Source: Alphaproteobacteria bacterium
GTDB taxonomy: Bacteria; Pseudomonadota; Alphaproteobacteria; SP197
Assembly: GCA_964291265.2 (NCBI GenBank)
Contig: OZ219747.1
Span: forward strand, 1,568,001-1,632,000
Length of the DNA stretch: 64,000 nucleotides
Direction: 5' to 3'
The translations under genes were made by a program, and so were the position numbers. A model generated the notes under the pieces. That model saw nothing but the letters and a program-made list of their open reading frames with translations, was not told the origin of the DNA and did not search any database. Shown here piece by piece: positions 52,756 through 63,054 of the stretch (the stretch's first letter is position 1; each line of letters begins with the position of its first letter).

Positions 52756-53421
52756 GCGAAGAGAGGTTCCGGCGCCTGGAAGACGTCGTCACCGACTCCC
52801 TCTTCGCCGAGGTCGATATCGGCCTGCGCCGGGGGCGGCACATCAACGCCCATGATGGGGAGCAGTACGGGTTCCTGCGCGATGCGCAGGCTTGGTTGGA
52901 GGACTTTTATGGCCGGTACGATTGCGAGCTGCGCCATGCCGCGGACGGCTACTTCCACCTGGTCCCGTGCGGAGACCGGCTCGGCCGCGCCCGGCTGTCC
53001 GAGGCCGAGATGCTCGTCGGCCAGACGCTCGCCCTGTTTTACCTCGATCCCCGGATCGCTAGCGTCGGCGGCGTCCTGAAGGACGACGAGCTGGTCCGCA
53101 GACTTGAAGCCCTGGTCGGCAGGGGACGGCTGATCTCCGAACTCCGGGGCGGACGCCAGAAACGCAGCGCGGAGAGGGTCGATGAGGAGGGCGTACGCAA
53201 AGCGGTCACGCGCCCTGCGCAGCCTGGACGACCTCGGGTTCGTGGCTTACTCGGCGGACGAGCACGAGATCCGGCTGTATTCGGCCCTGCTCCGGTTTGC
53301 GGAACCGGTCCGGTCGCTTGAGGATCGGTCCCGGGCTCTGGAACGGCTGGTCGCCGAGGGCTCGGTCGAGACCGTCGACACCACAGATGACGACGCCGAC
53401 CTTGCGGAGGAGGAACCATGA
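52752..53421 (+). pseudogene. mukE: MukE-like kite subunit (JetB equivalent), frameshift near 53208
   Basis: FAEVDIGLRRGRHI, LEDFYGRYDCEL, DGYFHLVP, LSEAEMLVGQTLALFYLDP; C-terminus RALRSLDDLGFV..ALLRFAEPVR in another frame. Confidence 0.85.
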
Positions 53422-56400
53422 AACTGGCCTGCAAACGGGTCAGGGCGGCCCAGCTTGCCCTCGTCAACTGGCGCGGTGTGTTCTACGAGCGCTACGAGCT
53501 CAGCGGCACCGTCACCGCTCTGGAAGGGGCGAACGGGGCCGGCAAGACGACGGTCCTTATCGCCGCGTTCGTCGCCTTGCTTCCCGATATGAACCATCTG
53601 CGGTTCACTGCGGCTGGCTCGGGTGGAGACCGCGGGATCTGGGGGCGTCTCGGCGAGGCGGGACGACCGGCCTACGCCGTGCTCGACTTCGCCCTCGCGA
53701 ACGGCGAGCGCTTCCTCGCCGGCGTACGCCTGGAGCGGCGCGCCGAGCCGGCCGTGGAACTGACCCCGTTCTTCATCGAGGACTTTCCGCATGGCGCGCG
53801 GCTCCAGGATCTCCTGCTCCTGCGCGGGACCGAAAAGGACGCTGTCCCGGAGATAGATGAAATCCGGGCGCAGGCCGGCCGCCACGGAGCGAACTTCCAT
53901 GTCTGTGCAACGGCGAAGGAATATTTCGGTGCTCTGTTCGATCGCGGCGTGTCCCCGCTGCGCCTCGAGCGCGAAGGCGATCGCCGGAAGTTCGCAGAGA
54001 TGCTTCGCACCAGCATGACCGGTGGAATGTCGCAGGTCCTGACCACCGGGCTGCGCGCCTTCCTGTTGAAGGAGGAAGGCGGTCTCGCCGCCACTCTGAA
54101 GCGGATGCGCTCCACTATCGACGCCTGCCGGCGCACGCGCGCCGAAGTCGATGACACCCGCAGGCTCGAGGCTGAGATATCCCTCGTCTTGGAGGCGGGC
54201 CAGAACATGTTCCGGGCCGCTGCCCAGGCCACCGAACAGGCCGCCGAGGAAGCGGCCGGAGGCATCGCCGAGGCCGAGGAGGCGCTGCGCCTGGCCGAGC
54301 ACCAGGTCACCGCCGCCGACACGGAACTCGATTCGACCGAAAAGGAGGCCCGCGCGCTTGGCGAGCGTCTGAAGACGCTCGCATCCGCCCTGAAGCAGGC
54401 CGAGGAGCACCGCGGGCGGCTGGAGACCGGGCGCGGCCAGCAGGAGCGCATCGAGCGGGTCGGCGCGGAGATCGAGACCCTTTGTCAGACCCATGGCTGG
54501 GACGGTGACATTCACGCTGACGGCTATGTCGACGTCCGCCGCCGGACGTTGTCCGGCCAGCGCGACGAGGTCCGTGACGAAGCTGCCCGGCTGGAAAAGG
54601 CGCGCAAGGAGACCGAAGCCCGGCTGCGTTCCCTCCAGCAGGCCGGCGGCAGTTTGCCGGCCGCCATCCGCGCCATCGCGGCCCGCCTGGGTGTGCCGAC
54701 GGCCGTGGAGAGGTTCGAGGATATCGCGATCGGCGATGCCGGTGCCCGGCAGGCCCGGCTCGGCCCGCTCGTCGAGGCGGTCCTGGTGGACGACCCGCAG
54801 GCCGCCGCCCGGACCGTGGCTGAAATCGAAGACCGTCCTGACACGGTCTGGCTGGCCCGCCCGGAGGCTCTGGACGGAGGGAAGTCAGGAGACACCGCGC
54901 AGGCTGGCTCTGCCAGCGGTTCCGTCATCGTCCAGAGCGGTCCGGACGTGGTGCGGGTGAGCCGGATCCCGGACCAGCCCGTGCTCGGGCGCCGGGCTCG
55001 CGAGACCCGCATCCGGGCTCTCGAAGACGAATTGGCCCGCACCGCCGCCGAAATCCGGGCTCTGGAGGGCCGGTTCGCCGCTCTTGACCGCGAACGCGAC
55101 GCTCTCGACAGTCTCCAGAGGAAGCAGGCCGATATCACCGCCGCCCGCAACACGCTTGCCGGACTCGGCATCGAGAATGCGGGCGAAGCGGCCTTGGCGA
55201 GCGCCCGCGAACGCCTCGACGAGTGCCGCCGCAGCCACGGCGAAGCCGACAGTCTGTCGCGCAAGCTGCAAAGCCGGCAAGCGGTGCTTCAGCACAGTCT
55301 GGAACAACGGCGTCAGGATCACACCCAAGCCCGTCAGGCCCTGAACGAGCGTCGTGCGACCGCAGAACCCGCGCGGCAGCGCTGGGAGCGTCTGCGCGCC
55401 GAGGCCGACGGCCTGCTTGCCGGTCTGTCCGGTGCGAGGGAAGCGCAGCGGGCCGCCGTGCGCGGCAGCGTCGCACTGTATGGCGAAGCACGCGCCCATG
55501 CCGAGAGGCTTCACGAGCGTCTCACCCGTGCCGAGCCAGGCGGCGAAGCCGCCAACGTGATCGACGGGCTTTTCCGTCTTGAGGACGGAGCCCGGTCGGG
55601 TGTGGCTTACCTGCGCGCCTGGCGCGAGGTGTGCGTCTGGATTCAGCGCCGCGTCCCCGCTCAGATCGCCCAGATGGACGACCCTCTGGAGGCGCTCACG
55701 AGGCTCCGCAGCCAGCTGGGTGATCTTCAGGATCGTCTCGTGCGCCAGGAAGCCGACCTTCAAGGCAACACAGCTGACGTGGCCAATGTGATCGGGGTGC
55801 ATATCCGCGGGGCGGACCGGGAGGTCGCCAAGCTCAACATGGACCTCGCCGGGGTCCGGTTCGGCAGCATTGCCGGGGTCAGGCTGCGGCTGGGCCGCGT
55901 GTCGGAGATGATCAACATCTTGGACGCCCTCCGGGAGAGAGAAGACCAGGGCAGCCTGTTCGCTGCCGATCGTCCCCTGGAAGAAACTCTGGACGACCTC
56001 CTCCATAAATATGCGGGCGGGCGGGCGCAGGGAGAGCGGCTGCTCGATTATCGCGAGTATGTCGACCCGCGCGTCGAGGTCCAGCGGAATTCCGGGATCG
56101 ACTGGGAAGCCGCAAACCCCAACCGCCTCTCAACCGGAGAGAGCATCGGAATCGGGGCGGCCCTCATGATGGTAGTGCTCACGGCATGGGAGCACGACGC
56201 CCGCCCGTTCAAGGCCCGGAGCGCTGAAAGCACGCTCAGGCTTCTCCTTCTCGACGAGGCGAACCGGCTTGACCGCGACAATCTTGGAATGCTCTTCGAC
56301 CTCTGCGCCAGCCTCGACCTTCAGCTGCTGGTAGCGTCCCCCGAGGTCGTGCGGGCGGAAGGCAACACGACCTACCGCCTGGTGCGCGTAGCCGACGGCG

Positions 56401-56453
56401 AGCGCGGCGGAGAGGTCCGGGTCACCGGCCGGCGCGCTGTCCGGGCCGCGTGA
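53418..56453 (+). CDS. mukB: MukB-like SMC ATPase with shortened arms (JetC equivalent)
   Basis: LVNWRG, Walker A GANGAGKTT, LLPD, MukB-type hinge (..FEDIAI..ARLGPLVEAVLVDD..VLGRRARETRI), LLDYREY, signature LSTGESIG, Walker B LLLDEANRLD, QLLVASPE. Confidence 0.92.
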   Translation: MKLACKRVRAAQLALVNWRGVFYERYELSGTVTALEGANGAGKTTVLIAAFVALLPDMNHLRFTAAGSGGDRGIWGRLGEAGRPAYAVLDFALANGERFLAGVRLERRAEPAVELTPFFIEDFPHGARLQDLLLLRGTEKDAVPEIDEIRAQAGRHGANFHVCATAKEYFGALFDRGVSPLRLEREGDRRKFAEMLRTSMTGGMSQVLTTGLRAFLLKEEGGLAATLKRMRSTIDACRRTRAEVDDTRRLEAEISLVLEAGQNMFRAAAQATEQAAEEAAGGIAEAEEALRLAEHQVTAADTELDSTEKEARALGERLKTLASALKQAEEHRGRLETGRGQQERIERVGAEIETLCQTHGWDGDIHADGYVDVRRRTLSGQRDEVRDEAARLEKARKETEARLRSLQQAGGSLPAAIRAIAARLGVPTAVERFEDIAIGDAGARQARLGPLVEAVLVDDPQAAARTVAEIEDRPDTVWLARPEALDGGKSGDTAQAGSASGSVIVQSGPDVVRVSRIPDQPVLGRRARETRIRALEDELARTAAEIRALEGRFAALDRERDALDSLQRKQADITAARNTLAGLGIENAGEAALASARERLDECRRSHGEADSLSRKLQSRQAVLQHSLEQRRQDHTQARQALNERRATAEPARQRWERLRAEADGLLAGLSGAREAQRAAVRGSVALYGEARAHAERLHERLTRAEPGGEAANVIDGLFRLEDGARSGVAYLRAWREVCVWIQRRVPAQIAQMDDPLEALTRLRSQLGDLQDRLVRQEADLQGNTADVANVIGVHIRGADREVAKLNMDLAGVRFGSIAGVRLRLGRVSEMINILDALREREDQGSLFAADRPLEETLDDLLHKYAGGRAQGERLLDYREYVDPRVEVQRNSGIDWEAANPNRLSTGESIGIGAALMMVVLTAWEHDARPFKARSAESTLRLLLLDEANRLDRDNLGMLFDLCASLDLQLLVASPEVVRAEGNTTYRLVRVADGERGGEVRVTGRRAVRAA

Positions 56454-57441
56454 TGTGGGACCGGGATGAGAACAGGCTTGCGCTGGTCGAGCTGGTTCAC
56501 GAGGGACGTCTGAGCCTCCGGGAGGGATAGAGAGCCGCATGGGAGTTTGCCGCCGGTCTTCGCTGGACCAGGACCACGGGCCGACGCAACGAACTCAAGC
56601 TTGTCCCTGCGCTCCGGGCCGATGCCGAGGACATGCTCGACGGACGCTGGCCCGAATGGCGCGCCGTCCGGGCGCGACTGGTCGATGCCGGCCTGCCGGT
56701 AACCCACGAGGGCTGGAAGCGCCTCCGGGATCAGGACCGGGCCTCCCGGGCCGGGGTTCTGCCGGGGCGCCTCAACGCCAGGACGGCGGCCGCCCTGGTC
56801 GGGCCGCACTCGAAGGCCGGGCTCACCGGTGCGCGCCGTGCGGGTCTCGACGGCATCGAGCTCACGGATGATGGCATCGCGCGGCTTCGTCCGAACCGGG
56901 GCCTGATTCTCCAGACCGCTTCCTGTCGGGTTGCAGCGTCCCTGCTCGTTGGGGTCGCGGGCGAGGTTGCGCTGAACGAAAGGGCGCTCCGGGACGGCAC
57001 CCGACTCGCGGGGGACCGCCCGCGCGCGGTTCTGACCGTCGAAAACCTCGGGCCGTTTATGGACATCCAAGCATCTGCCGACTGGATGGTCGTTCACGTC
57101 CCCGGATGGAACACCGCCACGGCCATGCGGGTTCTGGACCAGGTTGAGGACACCCCCCTGGTTCATTTCGGCGATCTGGATCCTGAGGGGGCCCGGATCG
57201 TGGGACACCTGAGGCAGCGCTACCCTCGGCTGCATGGGCGGCGCCAGACTTCTGGAGGGAATGTCTGCCGGATCGAGCACAACGCAAGCTATGGCCCGAT
57301 GGCCTGGATCTCTCCGGGGCGCCCGGCCTCGTGCAGGACCTGCAGCACCAAGGACTGTGGCTCGAGCAGGAGACAATCACCCTGGATCCGCGGCTACCGG
57401 GAGCCCTCGAGGCGTTCGCGCTGTCTGGAACCTGTTTCTGA
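56453..57441 (+). pseudogene. jetD: JetD/MksG-like Toprim nuclease (DUF2220), disrupted
   Basis: TGATG-coupled to mukB; VLTVENLGPF, PGWN, HFGDLDPEGARI, terminal WLEQE; TAG at 56528-56530 and frameshift near 57232. Confidence 0.85.
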
Positions 57442-57459
57442 ACGGGGGGTCTGGCTGCA

Positions 57460-57540
57460 TGGGGAGTGGTATCCCCACTTCCACTGCCTCGTTCCCAACG
57501 GCGGCTTCAACATCAACTCCGGAGCGTGGAAGGCGGGGCT
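57460..57540 (+). pseudogene. IS91-family HUH transposase micro-fragment
   Basis: WYPHFHCLVPNGG matches the IS91 'HPHxHxLVxxGG' motif. Confidence 0.5.
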
Positions 57541-57587
57541 CCCATTCCTCATGGGTCACAATGCACGGCCTCCTCAGGCAGGCCGAG

Positions 57588-58469
57588 TTAACAGTGCCCG
57601 TTGCCGGGTTGCCAGTAGACAATTTCCATCGGTAAGTTCTTCGAGTCGCACCTTGATTGCTTGGGAAGAGTTTCAAATTGACTCAACCATCCCCTCTTGG
57701 CGGTTACCGCCGCTGCCAGTGCGTCAATCACGTCAGTTCTACCAACACCCTTTCCAGACAAACTGACACGGCCGTCCTCAACTATATGCTTTGACTTTTT
57801 CTCGACCCTATGAAGGGCATCGAGTCGCTCCTTTTTCCCTTCGGTTTTCCTCTTCCTGTGCAGCATGGGTCTTCCATTGTTCAGTGCGAAAAAGCAGATT
57901 TCAGGATGTGTTTCCCTGACCCTTGGGCCATCAGGGCGCGGCAACAAAACATCAACTTCGGCAATTTTATCTGCGATTGCCAATGTTTGTGCAGAAAGGG
58001 ATTTCCCTGTGACTTGACGCTGAATACTCCTGGCGACTGCATGGCGAATTTGCCTGGCTATCTGGCGCCTGGCATCCTGAGCGATATCTGGCTTCAATTG
58101 CTTGTATGGCATCGCCTTCATGACTTGATATAGGTGACATTGGACCGCCTCGATGATATCTCCACAACAGGAAAAGTCCTGATAATACTTGATAACGGCT
58201 CTGACAGGAGTCGGGAAGACGGTGGACCCCCTTCCGTGCCCGCTCTGATTCAGCAATTTCCTGGCTTGCTTGTCACAGCACCTTTCCTCTCCACCATCTG
58301 GCAATCCAATTGGGATATCCACCAAGATGAGTTGGGCGCTCTTGTAGTGTTTCAGCAAGTTGTCGAATCTGGAAAAAGTTTTTAACTCATAGTTTTCATT
58401 GGAATCAAGGCCGACGCTGAACCAGCCGGCGGGACATCCGTCCACTCCCACAAACTGACTGTCGGGCAT
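57588..58469 (-). CDS. DUF429 family (RNase H-like) protein
   Basis: VGVDGCPAGW, VDIPIGL, CDKQARKLL, ETHPEICF, DVIDALAAA, PMEIVY; visibly lower GC than the flanks. Confidence 0.85.
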   Translation of the reverse strand: MPDSQFVGVDGCPAGWFSVGLDSNENYELKTFSRFDNLLKHYKSAQLILVDIPIGLPDGGEERCCDKQARKLLNQSGHGRGSTVFPTPVRAVIKYYQDFSCCGDIIEAVQCHLYQVMKAMPYKQLKPDIAQDARRQIARQIRHAVARSIQRQVTGKSLSAQTLAIADKIAEVDVLLPRPDGPRVRETHPEICFFALNNGRPMLHRKRKTEGKKERLDALHRVEKKSKHIVEDGRVSLSGKGVGRTDVIDALAAAVTAKRGWLSQFETLPKQSRCDSKNLPMEIVYWQPGNGHC

Positions 58470-58567
58470 GCCATTATCCCCTCGCGCATCGTTCGAGCTC
58501 ACCTTAAGTCGCGTACGTGCACGAAGACAAGGTCTATGTCCGTATCCGGTTTTGGTAAGGTGCGACC

Positions 58568-59326
58568 ATGCACTGCGCGAGTCATGACGAAAGGGTAGTG
58601 GCACCATCGTACGTGCGGTTGCACCACTCGTGGCCTCCCATCCCGGGGGATGTCTGGAAAGTACGGCGTGAAATCCGCTGCATCTTCAACGACGCCGTCG
58701 CCCTCCTCACCGCACGCTCCGGCGGCAAGGGGCCGAGAACATCGCCACACTGCGAGGAAGCCTGGCACGCCGTACGCCACTACCTCGCCCATGACCGCCG
58801 CCTGCCAGACCGTTGCCTGGACGCTTGCCGACAGCACGGCCTCGTCGCCGCCGACGAACGCAGAAACGCCGTCTTCACATGCACCAACGCACAAAGAGAT
58901 ATCTCCGGCGCCGAGATCGTCGGTACCGTCCCCAACGCAGACGGAAAGCAGTACAGAGCCATGGCGCGTGGATCACGCAAGGCCGCCGGCAGCTTCTGGA
59001 TCCCCGTGGACCGCTCCATGCCACGCACCATCATCATCACCGAAAGCGCCATCGACGCCCTCTCCGCATGGTGCCTCAAGGAATGTCGGCAATCCGCTAC
59101 CGTGATCCTGTCAACCGCCGGCATCGCTTACCGTCTCCCAACATGGGCCGAAGCCTGGACGCCAAAGCGCATCCTCGTCGCCTTCGACGCCGATCCCGTC
59201 GGAGAACAGGCCGCCGAGCGCCTCGTCAGCCAAGACCCAAGAGCTCTCCGCATGAGACCCCCAGACGGACACAAAGACTGGAACGACGTCCTCAAGGCAC
59301 GAACACCAGCCTTCCCTTCCAAGTAG
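58568..59326 (+). pseudogene. Toprim/DUF3991-type primase-like protein of plasmid/ICE origin, probably 5'-truncated
   Basis: VRHYLAHDRRLP, NAVF, GAEIVG, ESAIDALS, STAG, AFDADPVG, KDWNDVL. Confidence 0.7.
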
Positions 59327-59379
59327 CCTTCAAGAACCGCAAACCAAGCGCAGCGCGAAAGCTCATGTCCACTAAATTG

Positions 59380-60231
59380 CCCGATCAACGCATCATCAAT
59401 CTGCCTGAAGGCGCTCAGGCGCAGTGCCGTCAGCTCGCTCTTCTGTTCAGCATTCTGGCACTTCAGAGCGTCCCTTTCCCGCTCCAGCGCCTCCGCCAGG
59501 GCCTGTCCCCGCTTCACCTCCCGGCGAGCCTTTTTGAGCTGATCACGAGTGCGGTCGAGATGAAACTTGAATGTGCCCGCACAGGCACGGGCAGAATTCT
59601 TCGCACAGCACAATTCCGCATGCTCGCATCCGCCGCATCCGCACGAACCGGGAGCGATTCTCATACGGGGTAATTTTGTTTAATGTTTCCCGAGTGTTTC
59701 ATCATATGGGCCATGCCGCCGTCCTTCTCGGAAACATCTACGTAAGTTCCTCATAAGTCGCCCTTTGACAGTCTTCGGAACACCTTTGAACCAATAGTAC
59801 TGATGAAACGTAGCCGTGATGACAACCGCCAGGCACGGGTCAAATTAAGTCCGAATATGCGTCTAATTCCTGAATCTTGATACAGCACTCAGAAAAATGC
59901 GGGCAGATAACAGGCAAACAGCGAACTTTACAAGTACATAACTGGCACAAACAACGAACATATTACCCCGTACGAGAACCACACCCCACGAACCCGCTCC
60001 GCTTCATAGAGCGCACGCCAGTCAGACGCCTCGCATGACAAGGCCGCTGGCGCCCGACATAGGCCGTCGCCACCTCCCGTCAGATGCTGTGTCGCTCCGC
60101 GTGTCTCGGTAAAAGTCTCCATGCCTCGGCCATAATCGAGACCAGGCCGACTTACCGGCCCTTTCTCAGACGATTGTCAGCGAGCCCCAAACCAACCAGA
60201 ATCAGCCATCATCGCGCGGCCGAACGCCTAC
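59380..60231 (-). pseudogene. IS66-type left end and coiled-coil transposase N-terminus, interrupted by a MITE
   Basis: End GTAGGCGTTCGGCCGCGCG at 60231 homologous over ~90 bp to 29656 onward; METFTET...DWRALYEAERVR; coiled coil continues below 59650. Confidence 0.6.
59656..59980. mobile_element. AT-rich MITE family C (~325 bp)
   Basis: TIR GATTCTCATACGGGGTAAT / rc GGTTCTCGTACGGGGTAAT; no ORF; no clear TSD. Confidence 0.7.
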
Positions 60232-60235
60232 TGGT

Positions 60236-60445
60236 TCATCTATGGATAGGATGATACCGGAAAGGATCGCTCGGTCCTCCCAGTCCCTTACGCTCCACCA
60301 GATTGCGACTTATCAACAGCCGGCAATCGCCATTGACACGTTGTTGATAGCTGCCTGGACCGAATAGAACCTTGGCCAACTCGCTCTCGGTGAGTCCCGG
60401 TTTTTTCTCGATCAAGTCAAGCAGTCTTTCAATAATGGTAGCCAT
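60236..60445 (-). CDS. Small winged-HTH-like hypothetical protein
   Basis: MATIIERLLDLIEKKPGLTESELAKVLFG..QQRVNGDCRLL..LVERKG; lower GC; AGGA RBS. Confidence 0.6.
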   Translation of the reverse strand: MATIIERLLDLIEKKPGLTESELAKVLFGPGSYQQRVNGDCRLLISRNLVERKGLGGPSDPFRYHPIHR

Positions 60446-60743
60446 CGACGTTCCTTGTACAAGGGGTTGGATCGATAGTGCTCGAAGGGTCTTGCAACGG
60501 CATCCGGCGTCGGATTGGGATCATCGTCTATACCGTGTTTGGTTGCCGAGAGCCAGCCTTCTATCGCGCCTGAATCAAGCGGCGCTGCGTCCAGCAACGG
60601 CGCGTCATGCGCTGGGTCCGGCGATAGCGCGACGACATGGAGTCCCGGATCTTGTGCTCTGCACAGGCTCGGCCCAACGGACACAACCGGCATGCGAGAC
60701 GGAAGCCGGCCTTCGTCCAGACATTGCTTCAGTCGAGGGCCGG

Positions 60744-61538
60744 TCAGGTCAGGAACTTGGTGAAGCCGCCGTCGACGTTCCAGCAGGCGCCGGTCACGAA
60801 GCTCGCCCGTTCCGACGCGAGGAAGGCGACGACGCCGGCCACCTCGTCCGGCCGGCCGTAGCGCTTGATCATCAGCATCTGGGCGGCGAGGTTGCCGAAC
60901 ACCTCGTCGACGTTCTCGCCGGCCGTGCCGACGAAATTGTCTTCCGCGATGCGCTCCCACAGTGGCGTGTGGATGAGCGCCGGGTTGACCGCGTTCACCC
61001 GGATGCCCTCGTCCGCCAGGTCCTGAGCCAGGGTCTTGGTCATCGCAAGCATCGCCGCCTTGGCGGAATTGTAGTCCGCCATGCCGGCGAGACCGCTGTG
61101 GCCGCTCACCGAAGCGACATTGACGATTGAGCCGCCGTTCTGCTTGCGGATCAACGGCACCGCGGCGCGCGTCGCCCGGACCGCGCTCCAGAAATTGATG
61201 TTGTGGGTCTGCTCCCAGACCTCGTCCGGGTCCTCGACGGTCCGGCCGACCGCGGCGTCTCCGGCGTTGTTCACCAGAATGTCCAGCCGACCGAAGTGCG
61301 CAGCGGTGTCGTTGACGAAACGCTCGATATCGGCGCGCTCGCTCATGTCGGCGACGCAGGAGAAGACCTCGCCGCCAGCCGCCTCGATCACCGCTCTGGT
61401 CTCGTCGAGCGGGGCCTTGCGGCGCGCGCAGATCGAAACCCTGGCGCCTTCCCGGGCCAACTCCATCGCGATCGCCTGGCCGAGGCCCAGGCTCGAGGCC
61501 GTCACGGCGGCAACCTTGCCGTTCAATCCGAGATCCAT
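60744..61538 (-). CDS. SDR family oxidoreductase
   Basis: TASSLGLG, LVNNAG, YNSAK, IRVNAVNP, VDGG. Confidence 0.93.
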   Translation of the reverse strand: MDLGLNGKVAAVTASSLGLGQAIAMELAREGARVSICARRKAPLDETRAVIEAAGGEVFSCVADMSERADIERFVNDTAAHFGRLDILVNNAGDAAVGRTVEDPDEVWEQTHNINFWSAVRATRAAVPLIRKQNGGSIVNVASVSGHSGLAGMADYNSAKAAMLAMTKTLAQDLADEGIRVNAVNPALIHTPLWERIAEDNFVGTAGENVDEVFGNLAAQMLMIKRYGRPDEVAGVVAFLASERASFVTGACWNVDGGFTKFLT

Positions 61539-61588
61539 TGTCCGTTTCCTTTGCAGTGTGGTCCTCAGGTTCTGACCGGGCGCTTTCC

Positions 61589-62581
61589 CTAGAAGGCCGG
61601 GCTCAACCGGTGCTTGGGATACTCCGCCCCGACGACATGCTGAATGGTGATGGCGCGTACCATCTGGTAGGTCCGGATGCGGAAGGCCGGGTCGCAGGAC
61701 ATGCGGATGTAGGTGTCCTGAGGTTTGACGCCGTAATCCTCGCTCAGCCAGTCGATCATGTTGGCGCAGGCGTCGTAGACGGCCTGCTCCATGGGCAGGT
61801 TGATGCCGACAGCGACGATGCTCTCCGGCTTGACGATCCGCACGGTCGGCTGGCGCCTGTTCTTGATGACGGCGCAGTTGAGCTGCACGGTAGCGCGCGT
61901 CTCGTCGGCGATGCCGGTGAACTCCGTATCGCCCTGCCCGCCGTGGATGTCTCCGATGTAGAGCAATCCGCCCTCGTGGTAGGAATTGAGCAGGATCGTG
62001 TGGCCGGGCGCCACATCGCGACAGTCGATGTTGCCACCGAACGGGCCCTGGCCGAGCAGGGAGGTGAACACTTCGCGCTCGGGCGCGGTCGCGAGCGTTC
62101 CGCAGAAAGGCTCCAGATCCCAGGTCAGCTTGTCGGAGTACTTGCCCTTGCCGTCCCGCGTCTTGCCGCTCGGACCGGGCAGGTGTTCGATGACCTGGAC
62201 CCGCGGCTCGGCGCACTGACCTCCCCAGCGGGACGACTCGCCGTAGGGCCCGATGCCGGGGAGGATGCCCGAAAAGCCGTAGCGCCATGGGTCGATGAAC
62301 TCGAGGTTCACGGCGAGGACATCGCCGGCTTCGCAGCCCTCGACGTAGATCGGACCGACCACGGGATTGTACTTGGGCGGCCATGCCGCGTTCAGCGCAT
62401 CGACATGGGCATCGCCGACGAACTGGTGCACCACGGGGTTGTCGCTGTCGTCTTCGATGAGGCCCGACAGCGCGTCATCGGTCTCGATCTGGAATGACTC
62501 GTCCTGCCTGACGCGAAGCACGGGCTCGTCCCGCGCATCGAATGCGTACTTCGTGACTTCGCCCCGCTTGATGATCTGCAT
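61589..62581 (-). CDS. Acetamidase/formamidase family protein
   Basis: GPIYVEGCEAGDVL, GGNIDC, GGLLYIGDIHGGQGDTE; AGGAGG RBS. Confidence 0.9.
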   Translation of the reverse strand: MQIIKRGEVTKYAFDARDEPVLRVRQDESFQIETDDALSGLIEDDSDNPVVHQFVGDAHVDALNAAWPPKYNPVVGPIYVEGCEAGDVLAVNLEFIDPWRYGFSGILPGIGPYGESSRWGGQCAEPRVQVIEHLPGPSGKTRDGKGKYSDKLTWDLEPFCGTLATAPEREVFTSLLGQGPFGGNIDCRDVAPGHTILLNSYHEGGLLYIGDIHGGQGDTEFTGIADETRATVQLNCAVIKNRRQPTVRIVKPESIVAVGINLPMEQAVYDACANMIDWLSEDYGVKPQDTYIRMSCDPAFRIRTYQMVRAITIQHVVGAEYPKHRLSPAF

Positions 62582-62769
62582 CGATCGGCCTCCTTGGGTT
62601 CGATGGATGGCCGGACTGCGGTTCGACCGGCACGTTGCGTGTTCCGTATCAGTGAAACCATACGATACCGAGCGCACCGAAGTAAACTTCGCCTTGTGTC
62701 TCGAAGCGCCGCCGGCCGGAGAGTCCCGCGGCACGGCACTCCGGCGCAGTCTGCCGATGCGCTGAGCCA

Positions 62770-63020
62770 GCCGGCTTTGGTGGGTCGCGGCCCGGATGAA
62801 GGACATGAACAGGAAGTCCGTCGCAACAGGGCGACTCCTCGGTTCGCAACCGTACGCCGACGAGCCAGGGTTGGCCCTCCAGCTCGACGATTTCCGGCAG
62901 CGCGCGCCGTCTGACGGACAGGCCGGAGAGGCGCAGGCCCGCCGCCTCCAGCCGCTCGCGACAGGCGATGTTGACCTCGCAGCGGTGGCGCTCGCTGATC
63001 GTGGTCTCGACGGAGAGCGC
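62770..63020 (-). pseudogene. pyrG: CTP synthase (pyrG) C-terminal fragment
   Basis: ISERHRCEVNIACRERLEAAGLRLSG..LPEIVELEGQPWLVGV, then FMSFIRAA; degenerate match to the PyrG glutaminase C-terminus. Confidence 0.75.
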
Positions 63021-63054
63021 ATCTGGCTGAATCAGCAAGCCGTGTGGCGAGGCG

